36,195 bases of DNA from an uncultured Dehalococcoidia bacterium (GTDB lineage: Bacteria > Chloroflexota > Dehalococcoidia > Lucifugimonadales > UBA3495): positions 1 to 36,195 of the forward strand of contig CAYOAF010000099.1 of assembly GCA_964401855.1 (NCBI GenBank). The letters are read 5' to 3'. Positions 9,451 through 19,115 of the stretch are shown here, piece by piece. The first letter of the stretch is position 1; each line of letters opens with the position of its first letter. The translations under genes and the position numbers were made by a program. Under the pieces are notes generated by a model. It was not told the origin of the DNA and did not search any database. It saw only the letters and a list, made by a program, of their open reading frames with translations.

Positions 9451-10209
9451 TCACAGCTTGCGGATCGCTTCCTGCTGCAGCCGGAACAGCGGCTCCATGC
9501 CCTTGGCTGCTAAGGCCAGCACCTCGGGTACCAGCTCCCGGGAAAAGGGAGCAGCTTCGGTGGCCCCTTGCAGCTCCACCATCTCCCCGCTTTCGGTAAG
9601 CACGATATTGAAGTCCGCCTGGGCGTGGAAGTCTTCCTGGTAACACAGGTCCAGCAGCAGCCCGCCGTCCACGATGCCGACGCTGACGGCGGCCACTGCG
9701 CTTCGCAGAGGGATCTTGGGCAATACCCCGTTTCGGACCAGAACGGTCATCGCCTGGTACAGCGCCACGTAGGCCCCGGTAATAGACGCGGTGCGGGTGC
9801 CGCCGTCGGCTTCGACCACATCGCAATCCACCTGCACGGTGCGCTCGCCCAGGGCTTCCAGGTCGGTGACTGCTCGCAGGGCCCGCCCGATCATGCGTTG
9901 GATCTCTTGAGAGCGGCCGTTGACCCGGCCAGAGTCCCGATCCCTCGCCCTGCGGGTCGTCGTGGACCGGGGCAGCATCTCGTACTCGGCAGTAACCCAG
10001 CCCTTGCCCTGGCCCCTCAAGAATGGAGGCACCCGCTCTTCCAGTGAAACCGCGCACAGCACCTTGGTCGCGCCCACCTTGATCAGCGCCGAGCCCTCGG
10101 CGTGTTTTTGGTAGCTTGGGGTGATAATCGTTGGTCTGGCCTGGTCCCATTGCCGACCATCCGGTCTCAACAAAGTCAGCAACTTCCTCCTTGGAGATTC
10201 AGCTATCAC
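9451..10209 (-). CDS. rph: Ribonuclease PH
   Basis: RPDGRQWDQARP..YQKHAEGSALIKVGATKVLCAVS...TRTASITGAYVAL matches RNase PH along its length. The true start is probably a TTG near 10173, after AAGGAGG, rather than GTG 10209. Confidence 0.92.
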   Translation of the reverse strand: MIAESPRRKLLTLLRPDGRQWDQARPTIITPSYQKHAEGSALIKVGATKVLCAVSLEERVPPFLRGQGKGWVTAEYEMLPRSTTTRRARDRDSGRVNGRSQEIQRMIGRALRAVTDLEALGERTVQVDCDVVEADGGTRTASITGAYVALYQAMTVLVRNGVLPKIPLRSAVAAVSVGIVDGGLLLDLCYQEDFHAQADFNIVLTESGEMVELQGATEAAPFSRELVPEVLALAAKGMEPLFRLQQEAIRKL

Positions 10210-10323
10210 CTATCAGCGAGCAGAGATCACGGCCATAGATCAGACGTGAGGGGTTTCGCTGACAGCTGAATCCCGGCTGCTCCTCAGTATACCCTACTTG
10301 GAGCCGGACCGGGGCCCGGGCCG

Positions 10324-12779
10324 CTAGCCCGGTGTCTCGCAATTGGCTTGCCGCCCGGTCTTTACCCACAGCGTTTCGCCGTTGATGATGAACTCGGCGA
10401 TCCCGTCTTGGTCTGTCCGGAATACCCCGCCAGGACCCACCACCTCGCCAAGCCTTTCGACCACTTCCGGAGACGGATGATTGAACCGGTTTTCCTTTCC
10501 CACGGACACGACCGTGAGGGCGGGGTCCGCTCGAGCCAGAAAGGCCTCCGTGGTGGATATCTTGCTACCATGGTGGGCCACCTTCAACACCGTGGTTTCC
10601 AACGCCGCGCTATGCTTCGCCAGGTAATGCTCCGCCGTCGCTTCGATGTTGGCGGCCAGTTAGGAAGTTCACTTCTCCATATACCAGCCGGAGCACGACG
10701 CTGCTATTGTTCGCGTCCGGCCGCGGACCCCAGGTTGGCTCCGAAGGTGGGTGTACCACTTCCAGGGTTACGCCCGGCTACAGGAATATCTCGTAACCCG
10801 CTTCTACTGCAATCTCAGTAGGTCCTCTGCGTTCCAGGGTAGCCCACCACTGAGGGTAGAGAACGCTATTCGGTTGCTCCAGTCCCACCAAAACGGAACC
10901 CACCCGGTATCGCTCCAGTACCTCCAGCAGTCCCCGGCTGTGATCGGCGTCCATGTGAGTCAAAACCACCATGTCCAGACTTCGGTCACCGGCGGACAGC
11001 GGACCGGGGAGACTGCGGGTGGCGCTATCCGTCTCCGGTCCTCCATCCACCAGCACCTGCCGCCCCGAGGGCGTGACGGTCAGGGCGCTGTCGCCTTGGC
11101 CAACGTCGAAAAAATAGACGTGCAGCTTGCCGTCCGGCCCGCTGAAGACCTGAGCCAAGAGGAAGACGGCGGCGGGGGCCAGCACGATTGCCAGGCCGGC
11201 CAGCCCCAGGGCCTCGCCGCGGCGGGGCTGGCCTGGGCCGAATCAGCCAGTCCAGGCACCCCGGCAGCCGGCTGATCCGGCCCAGGCCGCCGGTGAGGAG
11301 TAGGAGTCCAACCAACACGATGTACCAGGCCCAGACCAGCCCGTCGCCAACCCAGGCGCCCGAGACCGCGGGTTTGGGCGCCCCGGAGACCAGTCCCGCC
11401 AGGTAGGACAGAGGCGCCCAGGTTATCCAGCCGAAGAATTGGCCGATGGCCGAGTACACCAGCCCGGCGACCGCCGTTGCCAGAGTGCCCAGCAAGATAA
11501 AGGGCAACGCGGGCAGGGCCAGCATGGTGACAAAGATGCCGAACAGCGGGACTCGGTGGAAGTTGAAAGCCACCAGGGGCCAGGTCGCCAATATCGCCGC
11601 CAACGCCACGATCAGGGCCGAGACTACCCAGGTCGGAGTGTAGGTGATCCATGGCCTCTGCCGGCCGGTCCGCATTGCGATGGCCGTGGCGATCCTGGCC
11701 TGGTAGGGCAGGGCCACGGCCATGCCCGCCATGGCAGCGAAGCTAAGCTGGAACGACACCTGCCGGATCACTTCCGGGTTAATGGCCGCCATGCTGGCCA
11801 CGCTCAAGGCCAACGCCGGAAGAATACTCCTGGGGCGGCCCAGTGCCAGGACCGCCAAGAAGACCGTGCCCATGATGGCGGCCCGCACCACTGAAGGAGG
11901 CCCGCTGCTGACCAGGGCGTAGAGCCACATGAAGGCCAGAGGCAACACCAGGTATAGTTGCCGGGGGCGGCTCAGCAACCAGGCCGAGGCCCCCAGCGAC
12001 ATCGCCAGCAGTATGCCCACGCGCAAGCCGGAGATGGCCAGGAGGTGGAAGGTGCCGGTGCCTCGGAAGTCCGCCGCCAGGCCGTCGGGCAGCTTGCCCC
12101 GCTGTCCCAGCAGCAGGGCCTGGGCCAGCGCCGATTGGGGCGCGCCCAGGGAGTCTGCAATGCTCTTGGACAGTGTCCGGCGCAGGTCGAATATCCAACC
12201 CCGCCAGCGGCTCCCGGCACCCTGGGAGATAAGCGTCACCTCGCGGGACCAGAGGATACCAGAGATGCCCTGGTCGGCCAGGTAAGATGGATAGTCGAAG
12301 TTGGCGATGGGGCGAGGCTGCTCCAAGATGCCCCCTAGCCGCAAGCGGTCCCCGTAGCGGAAAAAGGGAGAATCTCGCTGAAGGACCAGGGATTCGGGAG
12401 GCTCGGCGTAGGCCAGGGCTCTGGTCCGTATGGTCTCCCAGCCCTCGCCCCGGTCGATTGACTCCACCGCGATGCGGAGCTTGACCCGCCGCCCGGTTGC
12501 TTCAGGGTCGTCGATGACCCGCCCCTGGACCAGCACGGTTTGTCCATCCTCGGTTACCAGAGACGTCGCCGGGGCAGCGGTGGTCTCGGCCCGCAACAGC
12601 CCCAGCAAAAGGAACGCGGCCAGCACCGCGGGCCAGAGGGAAACCCGGTACAGGAAGAGCAGGCCCCCGACGGGGACCACGGCCAGCAACAGCAGGAGCA
12701 CCGGCAGGGCAGGGGCATCCACCTGAAGGCTCAGGAGCACGCCGGACAGCCAGGCCAACACCACCGGACTCAGCCTCAT
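10324..12779 (-). pseudogene. comEC: ComEC/Rec2 DNA-internalization competence channel, disrupted (two frameshifts plus an in-frame TAG)
   Basis: Three track ORFs tile one gene. 11025..12779 is the N-terminal/competence membrane domain. 10778..11185 is the metallo-beta-lactamase domain start (HVYFFDVGQGDS...LTHMDADH). 10324..10602 is the MBL end (VLKVAHHGS...NRFNHP). The frame changes near 11190-11245. There is a TAG at 10778-10780, after which the same frame continues with PGVTLEVVHPP...NNSSVVLRLVYGEVNFL. A second frameshift lies near 10650-10660. Confidence 0.8.
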
Positions 12780-12833
12780 GGCGGCATTGCCTCAGTCCGG
12801 CGGGTCATGCTGCCGGTAAGCCGGATGTCACCG

Positions 12834-13459
12834 CTACCGCCCGTCACATACCGTAACCAACTCCCGGATGTTTTCGTAGGTAGCCAGGCCGATGCCGGAG
12901 ACGTTGGTTACCTCCTCCACCGATTCAAAGGGGCCGACCTGTCCCCAGTACCTTACAGTTGCATCGGCCCTGACCTGGCCGATGCCGGGCAGTGTCTCCA
13001 GCGGGTCCACCGAGGCGGCGTTCAGGTCGATCAAGTCCTCACCGGGAGGGTTTCAGTTGGAGGGCGTCCCTGGGCTCTGGCCGGGATCGTTACCAGGAGG
13101 AAGGGTCTCGCCCACCTTCCAGGTGTCGATTTGCTCTTCGTCCTTGACCCGGCGGGCCAGATTGGCCGCTGCCAAATCTGCATCGCCGGTGGCGCCTCCG
13201 GCCGCCGCGATGGCATCCCCCACCGGTCCTCCGGGCGAAGCGTGTGTACCCCGGGGTTGCGTACAGCTCCCCTGACGTACACCCTGAGTTCCACCGCCTC
13301 GTTTTGAGTGGGGGCGGGCAGCAACACCCGGATGGGGGCGTTGTCGTCCCTGCCCGCGAGGAGAAGTACCGCTCCCAGCACCACGACCGTGGCCAGAGAG
13401 GCCAGGACCGCTGCGATAACGATGCGGAGGTACCGGGGCGCGGGGCCGTTTTCATCCAT
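12834..13459 (-). pseudogene. comEA: ComEA DNA-binding competence protein (TM + SLBB + helix-hairpin-helix), disrupted (frameshift plus in-frame TGA)
   Basis: The N-terminal TM segment and SLBB start (VELRVYVRGAVRNPGVHTL) are in the frame of ORF 13031..13459. The SLBB continues in another frame (PVGDAIAAAGGATGDADLAAANLARRVKDEEQI) after a shift near 13215-13225. That frame hits TGA at 13053-13055, then continues into the HhH domain (IDLNAASVDPLETLPGIG...VSGIGLATYENI, ORF 12834..13034). Confidence 0.8.
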
Positions 13460-13531
13460 GGTCCATCACTTGTATTCGTTATGGGAGTCCGATTATAATT
13501 TACCGCAGTCTGTAACGAAAGGGGGCGTACC

Positions 13532-14497
13532 GTGGGCACCTCGCAACCGGCTTCTGATGGCAAAGGCGAGCTACTTACCTATTTCAAGGGGCAGTTCGTC
13601 CCCAGCAGTCAGGCCCGAGTCAACGTTATGACCCATGCGCTACACTACGGCACAGGCGTGTTCGAGGGTATCCGCGGCAACTGGAATCAGGAAAAAGGAG
13701 CGGTCTACATCTTCCGCCTGCGGGAGCACTACCAACGGTTGCTGCGAGGCTGCCGCATAATGATGCTGGACATCCCCTACTCGGTGGACGACCTGTGCGA
13801 TATCACCGTCGACCTGGTAGAGCGTAACTGCCACCAGCAAGACATTTACATCCGCCCCCTGGCCTATAAGAGCGCCGAGATGGTGGCCAACCTGAAGCTC
13901 CAAGATCTGGAGAGCGACTTCACGCTCATCACGATACCCTTCGGAAATTACCTGGGGTCCGACGTGCTCCGGTGCTGCACCTCCTCCTGGCGCCGGGTGG
14001 ACGACCCCATGATACCCGCCCGGATAAAGAGCTGCGGGCTTTACGTCAACAGCATCCTGGCCAAGACCGAGGCATCCCTCGCCGGGTTCGACGAGGCAAT
14101 CATACTGAACCACGACGGCCACGTCTGCGAGGGCTCGGGAGAGAACATCTTCATGGTCTCCGACGGCTGCCTGGTCACGCCGGTGTTGGAGGACAATGCG
14201 CTCTCTGGGATTACCCGCGATACGGTGACCCAACTGGCCCAGAGCGAGTTGGGGTTGAAGGTGGTGGAGCGAAGTATCGACCGTAGCGAACTCTACCTGG
14301 CCGACGAAGTATTCCTGACCGGTACTGCCGCCCACCTGACTCCGATGGTGGAGTTGGACCACCGGCCGATAGCCGAGGGCAAAGCGGGCCCCATTTCCAT
14401 CCGGCTGCAGCAGATGTACTTTGAGATCGTGGCTGGACGGAATCCCAAGTACCTGCACTGGTGCACCGCGGCCATTCCCCGCCTGGTCGCCGCCTGA
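13532..14497 (+). CDS. ilvE: Branched-chain amino acid aminotransferase (fold type IV PLP enzyme)
   Basis: GTG start after an AAAGGGGG RBS. Full-length similarity to IlvE: HALHYGTGVFEGIRG, YIRPLAY, GENIFMV, LTGTAA. Confidence 0.9.
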   Translation: MGTSQPASDGKGELLTYFKGQFVPSSQARVNVMTHALHYGTGVFEGIRGNWNQEKGAVYIFRLREHYQRLLRGCRIMMLDIPYSVDDLCDITVDLVERNCHQQDIYIRPLAYKSAEMVANLKLQDLESDFTLITIPFGNYLGSDVLRCCTSSWRRVDDPMIPARIKSCGLYVNSILAKTEASLAGFDEAIILNHDGHVCEGSGENIFMVSDGCLVTPVLEDNALSGITRDTVTQLAQSELGLKVVERSIDRSELYLADEVFLTGTAAHLTPMVELDHRPIAEGKAGPISIRLQQMYFEIVAGRNPKYLHWCTAAIPRLVAA

Positions 14498-14575
14498 TTT
14501 GCCGCGAGGGCAGGGCCCGCCTGCCGCTGAATGGTTGGCGGTTTGATCACCCGGGCGTGACTGCACCTGGAAGCG

Positions 14576-15226
14576 GTGGAAACGGTGTCACTCTGGGCCT
14601 GGCTTAGCCTGGTACTGTTCTCCTACCTGATCGGAGGAATCCCCACCTCCTACGCGGCCACGCGCCTGCTGAGCGGCCGGGACATTCGTCAGCTCGGCGA
14701 CCACAACGCCGGGGCGGCCAACGTCTATCGCAACGTGGGTCCGAGGGCCGGCCTGATCGTAGGGGCGGTTGACGTAATCAAGGGCGTGGTGGCGGTTGTG
14801 CTGGTGCGGGCGCTGGCCGACTCAACCGCCCTGGAGATGTCGGCTGGAGTTGCGGCGATGGCGGGCCACAACTGGCCGGTGTTCCAGGGGCTGCGGGGCG
14901 GCCGCGGCGCGGCCACGGCCATCGGTGTCTTACTGGCCATGCTGCCCGTGCTGGCCGTGCCCGCCGGGGCGCTCACCCTGGCGGTCCTCTACCTGACGAA
15001 GAAGGCCACCCCGGCCCTGGGGTTTTTCCTCATAACGGTCCCGGTGCTCTCCTGGATATCAACTGTCCTGTCCTGGCCTGCTGAATACTCGTATGCCCTA
15101 GCCACCTATTCGGTGGGGTTACCGGTAATGGTGGGCATGACCCATTACCTGAGCACACGAAAGTTCGCCCCCGGAAGACCGGGGGAACCGGCAGCCGGAG
15201 ACGAACCAGCCCTGCCGGGAGGTTAG
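14576..15226 (+). CDS. plsY: Glycerol-3-phosphate acyltransferase PlsY (acyl-phosphate dependent)
   Basis: Polytopic membrane protein. GGIPTSY, GDHNAGAANVYRNVG, DVIKG and GHNWPVF..RGGRG correspond to the PlsY motifs. Confidence 0.9.
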   Translation: METVSLWAWLSLVLFSYLIGGIPTSYAATRLLSGRDIRQLGDHNAGAANVYRNVGPRAGLIVGAVDVIKGVVAVVLVRALADSTALEMSAGVAAMAGHNWPVFQGLRGGRGAATAIGVLLAMLPVLAVPAGALTLAVLYLTKKATPALGFFLITVPVLSWISTVLSWPAEYSYALATYSVGLPVMVGMTHYLSTRKFAPGRPGEPAAGDEPALPGG

Positions 15227-15234
15227 CGTTTCCC

Positions 15235-15810
15235 GTGACCAGCTCATTCATCCTGGACTACTGCATCATGGTGTTTCTGGCGTCCGGCGGCGTTTTCCAG
15301 ATGGCGGCGGCGGTTGGCGGCTTCCGGGGTCTGTTGTACTTCCGGCAACGCCCCGTATCATTCCTGTTCGGCGCGGCGGCCCTGACCGGCGGGTTTGCCT
15401 GGTTCCTCCTCTCCGAGCCTCGCAATGTGCCCGACAGCGCCCTCGGGATGAACGGCAACGAGCAGTTTGCCTACTTCTTCGCCGGGGCCGGGGCCGGCCT
15501 GGCCTTCACGTTGATCGTATCGTCGCTGCGCAACTGGAGCCTGGGGGCGAAGCTATCGGACTTGCCGCCGGGTCTGGACGCCCTTCGAGAGACCAGCTAT
15601 CTGCGCGCCCTGCACTGGAGTATTCGCTGCTATTGGGCGCAAAGAGGCCGAGGGACGGGGTCCGGCCCCGGAACAGGCCTCGCCGAGGTTTCCGGGCGTA
15701 GCCCCAAAGCCAACGGCGGGCACGGCCCCGGCCACCGGCTTGTCCGCCGGGTCGCCGCCAGAGCGTGGCGGGCTGGACTCCTGGGGCGCCGGGATCGCTC
15801 GTGGAGCTAG
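15235..15810 (+). CDS. Hypothetical membrane protein (about 3 TM helices, Arg/Gly-rich tail)
   Basis: GTG start 11 nt after GGAGG. The hydrophobic N-terminal ~100 aa look coding. The C-terminal 70 aa are low complexity, so the end is uncertain. No family recognised. Confidence 0.4.
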   Translation: MTSSFILDYCIMVFLASGGVFQMAAAVGGFRGLLYFRQRPVSFLFGAAALTGGFAWFLLSEPRNVPDSALGMNGNEQFAYFFAGAGAGLAFTLIVSSLRNWSLGAKLSDLPPGLDALRETSYLRALHWSIRCYWAQRGRGTGSGPGTGLAEVSGRSPKANGGHGPGHRLVRRVAARAWRAGLLGRRDRSWS

Positions 15811-16379
15811 AGGCCCAGATCGTCACCTGGCTTAACCAGATTGTTGGCCGGTCCTACCTCCTGGACCGGGCCACCTACCTAGTGGTCAGCGACTACTTCG
15901 TGCCTCTCGTCTTGTGCTTCTGGACACTGGGGCTGTGGTTCCACGGGAAGGACAGCCGGGCCCGGGACCGCAACCAGCGGGCGGTCCTGGGGGCGGCCGT
16001 CTCCCTGGGCTTCGCCAACCTGGCGGTGCTGCTGCTGAACCAGCAGGTCTTCCGGGAACGGCCCATCGCACACCACGAGTTGGCCAACCTGCTGTACGCG
16101 CCGACCGACTCTTCTTTTCCCGCCAACCCGGCGGCGGTCGCCTTCGCGATGGCGATGGGCGTCTGGCTGGGCAACCGGCGGGCAGGCCTGCCGCTGTTCT
16201 TCTTGGCCGGATTGTGGAGCTTCACCCGGGTCTGCAACGGCCTGTTCTACCCCAGCGACGTGCTGGCCGGCGGGCTCATCGGCGCGACCGTCGCCTGCCT
16301 AGTGACCCTGGGGTTGCGGGCCATCGAGCCGGTCCCCACCTGGGTATTGAAAGGGGCCCGGCTGCTGCACCTGGCTTGA
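15801..16379 (+). CDS. PAP2 (type 2 phosphatidic acid phosphatase) superfamily membrane protein with degenerate catalytic motifs
   Basis: Track ORF 15765..16379; the likely start is GTG 15801, overlapping the upstream stop. The PAP2 layout is recognisable (…FRERP…SFPANPAA…TRVCNGLFYPSDVLAG), but the conserved Lys, the Ser-Gly-His and the nucleophilic His are all substituted. Confidence 0.7.
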   Translation: MELEAQIVTWLNQIVGRSYLLDRATYLVVSDYFVPLVLCFWTLGLWFHGKDSRARDRNQRAVLGAAVSLGFANLAVLLLNQQVFRERPIAHHELANLLYAPTDSSFPANPAAVAFAMAMGVWLGNRRAGLPLFFLAGLWSFTRVCNGLFYPSDVLAGGLIGATVACLVTLGLRAIEPVPTWVLKGARLLHLA

Positions 16380-16477
16380 GACGGCGCCTGCCGCTTTTCA
16401 CATCCCGGCGTCAGTGGCTCGCCGCTACTGACCTGTACACAAGTTTTTGGATCCTGCATTGGCAGGCGTTGCAACGA

Positions 16478-16526
16478 GGAAATCCCCCTCGGTCCCTCAC
16501 TATGAAGGGGGATACAGGGGATTTTG
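16478..16526. repeat. Hairpin repeat of the AAGGGGGAT-CAGGGG-ATTT family
   Basis: GGAAATCCCCC...AAGGGGGATACAGGGGATTT. The outer 8-bp arms are 16480-16487 and 16517-16524. The 16505-16524 segment matches 24324-24344 inside fdhA. Confidence 0.55.
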
Positions 16527-16568
16527 TGTGCTTGCCTAGCCAGCCGGCGGCGGCTTCTAGTTGTCGTC

Positions 16569-18050
16569 CTAGCCAGCCATCACGAACTGGCCACCTTGCT
16601 GGATGAGTTTCTCGTCCCTGACCAGCTGGCGAATGTCAGGAATTTGCTAAAAGAGAAGAAACCTGGGACCACGCTGCCCCGGTCCACCGACCATCTTGGC
16701 AGGTCCAGTAAAAACTTGGTGACCGCGTTGAAATAGCCATCGATGTTCAGGTCTTTGGTGTCCGGCATGTCCGGCAGGGCGACCTTGAACTCGGACTGGG
16801 CCTTCTCCAGCAGTGAGAGGTTCTCGCCGGGGTCATCGCCGGTGTGGCGTAACTGAAATCGGTGGCGCGCGCTGGTGCGGTCCAACGCCACCGGAACCAG
16901 GACCAGGGGAGCGCGCCATCCCCTCCTGGCTGCTGTCCGACTCGTACCAGGTGGGCCTCCCCAAGACCAGGAACAGGGTGTTGACTCCCTGCTCCGGGAT
17001 GAAGCTATTGACCAGATAGTAAGTGGAGAGGAGGCGAGTCTGAAGCCCCGGTGAGGGCAGCGCCGTCTGCAACCGGGAGTCGGTGTGCCGCGCCGCCGGC
17101 TCAGCCGAGACTTCGTCATCGGCAGGCTGGCCAAATAGCTCGCCTTGCTCTTCTTCGGCGATGGGGAGAAAGGACATGGGCCTGCCTTCCTCCATTAGGA
17201 TGTGGTACGCCTGGGAAGGCAGTTCATCCACCACCTCCAACCCCCGCGCGCGCAGTAGTCGGTAGTTGAGCAGCGGGTTCCGCAGGCCCAGGTCGAGTAG
17301 CTCTCGCCGTGAAGCCTCCAGCCGTTCACGGATGACCGTGGCGGTGCCGGCAAAGGTGCGGGCGGCACCCTCTACAGCCTGGACCAGCGTGTCAAGGTGA
17401 CCTACGGGAGGGTCGTCGGCCAGGAAATCCACGATCCCCTCGGGGACTTTCCTGGCGCCGATGTCTTGGTAAAGCTCCTGGACCCACGCGGTAAGCCGGG
17501 AGAGGCCCTCCCAGCCGGACACTTCGCCGTGCCATCGGGAGCCGAACACCTGTTGGCCCAGGGGCTCATGCTGCCGTATAACGGATTGACGCCGCTGGGC
17601 TTCTAGGACCGCCTCGACCAGATCGATGCTCGTGCCGCCGAGCCACCGGAGACGGCCTCGGGCGATGCCCCCCGCCTCTCGCCGGGCCCGCCAGTATTTG
17701 GGGGAAACCCAGCGCCACCATTGCTGTCCCTTGGCGGCCAGGGTTTCCCTGGTCTGAATCAGGTCCCGGTCCCAGGCTTCGGGCCGGAGCGCCCGGTCAT
17801 GCCGGCCGTGAAGGCGGGCCAGACCGGAACCGGCGGACAAGAGATCGCCCAGCTCTTCCCTGCGGGCCTCCCACTGGCCGGAAGCAAGCCGTACTCCCCG
17901 CAGACCGGGCGATTCCATGGCTCGCCGGGCCGCGAGGCATAGGGCTTCTCGCTCCGACTGGCCCCTCGGGGCGGGCAGCTTCAGGGCGTCGGCCAGGGAC
18001 TTTGCGGCGTCTTCCAAGGCCTGTAGCGAGGAATGGTGATTCTGTGCCAT
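16569..18050 (-). pseudogene. Relic of a DUF4011-type superfamily-1 helicase (N-terminal region only, frameshifted, no ATPase domains)
   Basis: ORF 16833..18119 contains RELLDLGLRNPLLNYR...LQTALPSPGLQTRLLSTYYLVNSFIPEQGVNTLFLVLG. The domain continues in ORF 16580..17134 (RAPLVLVPVALDR...FQLRHTGDDPGENLSLLEKAQSEFKVALPDMP...GFFSFSKFL) after a frameshift near 16917-16930. A second frame break lies near 16620, and the sequence stops at 16569-16571. No Walker A or helicase core follows. Confidence 0.6.
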
Positions 18051-18334
18051 CTGTCCTTTGAGACGGCCTCCCCTTGGACTGGGGGCCCGGTCCCGTGTCC
18101 GCCTCACCCCCACGCTCAAAACGTGCCAAAGACAACGAGCACCACAGCAGCATGTTTTCGGCCAGGTTCGGGTTACGGTCCGCCGTGGGCCTTTTCATTC
18201 TCCAACGTGAAACTGGAGTAGAGACACAGAGTGGACCCTCACCCAGCCCAGGCTGCACCCGGGTATCCCTCCACCAGTGGGAGAGGGAACGAGGGCGAGG
18301 ACCCTTGAAGGGCCGCCAGGGTCTCCTGCGAGGC

Positions 18335-18363
18335 TTGGGGCCGACGAATGCCCGTGATATACT
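18335..18363 (+). promoter_or_regulatory. Putative promoter upstream of mobA
   Basis: TTGGGG (18335-18340), a 17-nt spacer, then TATACT (18358-18363), 43 nt before ATG 18406. Confidence 0.3.
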
Positions 18364-18405
18364 TTTTGTCGACCCGGCCGCTCATATCTATATGACGACG
18401 AAACG

Positions 18406-19023
18406 ATGCAAGAACACCCCGGCAGTTTCCACGCTTCCGGTATTATCTTAGCTGGGGGCCGGAGCCAGCGTCTGGGCCGAGACAAGGCGCTGGAGACCGT
18501 CGGGGGCCAACCTCTGGTCCGCCGGGTCATCGACCGGATCTCCCAGGTAACCGAGGAAATAGTGGTGGTGGTGGCGGAACAGTCCCAGGCCGACGGGTTG
18601 CCGCTGACCGCGGAGCACCGGGTCGCCTTGGACCGCTACCCTGGCGGCGGCGCCCTGGGGGGCATCTTCACCGGCCTTGCCGCGGCTCAGCACCAGTGGG
18701 GCATCGCCGTCGCCTGCGATATGCCGTTTCTCAACCTCGGCCTGCTGCGCCGCCTGCTTTGCCTCCGGCACGGGGCCGACGCCGTGGTCCCAATGCTGAG
18801 GGGGTGGCCCGAGCCAACCCACGCGATATACTCCAAGAGTTGCCTGCCCTTCATGGAAGAGCGGCTTTTGGCCGGCGACCCGAAAATCTCCAGGTTCTAT
18901 GACAGGGTGCGGGTCGCCTACCTCCCCGAAGAGGAGATCGCCGCCGTGGACCCGGACTTTCTGAGCTTTTTCAACGTCAACACCGCCGAAGACCTGGCCA
19001 GGGCCTGCGAGGTGGAGAGCTAG
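18406..19023 (+). CDS. mobA: Molybdenum cofactor guanylyltransferase
   Basis: GIILAGGRSQRLGRDKAL is the LAGGxxxRxGxDK signature. Also ACDMPFL and FFNVNTAEDL. Length is typical for MobA. Confidence 0.88.
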   Translation: MQEHPGSFHASGIILAGGRSQRLGRDKALETVGGQPLVRRVIDRISQVTEEIVVVVAEQSQADGLPLTAEHRVALDRYPGGGALGGIFTGLAAAQHQWGIAVACDMPFLNLGLLRRLLCLRHGADAVVPMLRGWPEPTHAIYSKSCLPFMEERLLAGDPKISRFYDRVRVAYLPEEEIAAVDPDFLSFFNVNTAEDLARACEVES

Positions 19024-19115
19024 GGGCGGTAGCGATGGCAGAGCCGATGCCAGCAACCCTATCAACAGCCCATTGCACTTTTTCGGAGAGGAGTTGGCTG
19101 GAAGGGAGTAATTGG

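Noticed and set aside
13053-13055. In-frame TGA in comEA (and TAG in comEC) as possible selenocysteine or stop-codon reassignment
   Set aside because: TGA clearly terminates cobO, cobT, the PNPOx-like gene, hpnG and others in this window, and TAG terminates the nuoF-like gene and mobA. I saw no SECIS-like hairpin. Both genes also carry frameshifts, so pseudogenisation is the simpler reading.
13640-14566. 308-aa minus-strand ORF
   Set aside because: Antisense to ilvE, which matches its family over its full length.
16524-16736. 70-aa plus-strand ORF and other short ORFs in 16380-16600
   Set aside because: They overlap the tail of the helicase relic and a hairpin repeat, have no RBS, and resemble no known family.
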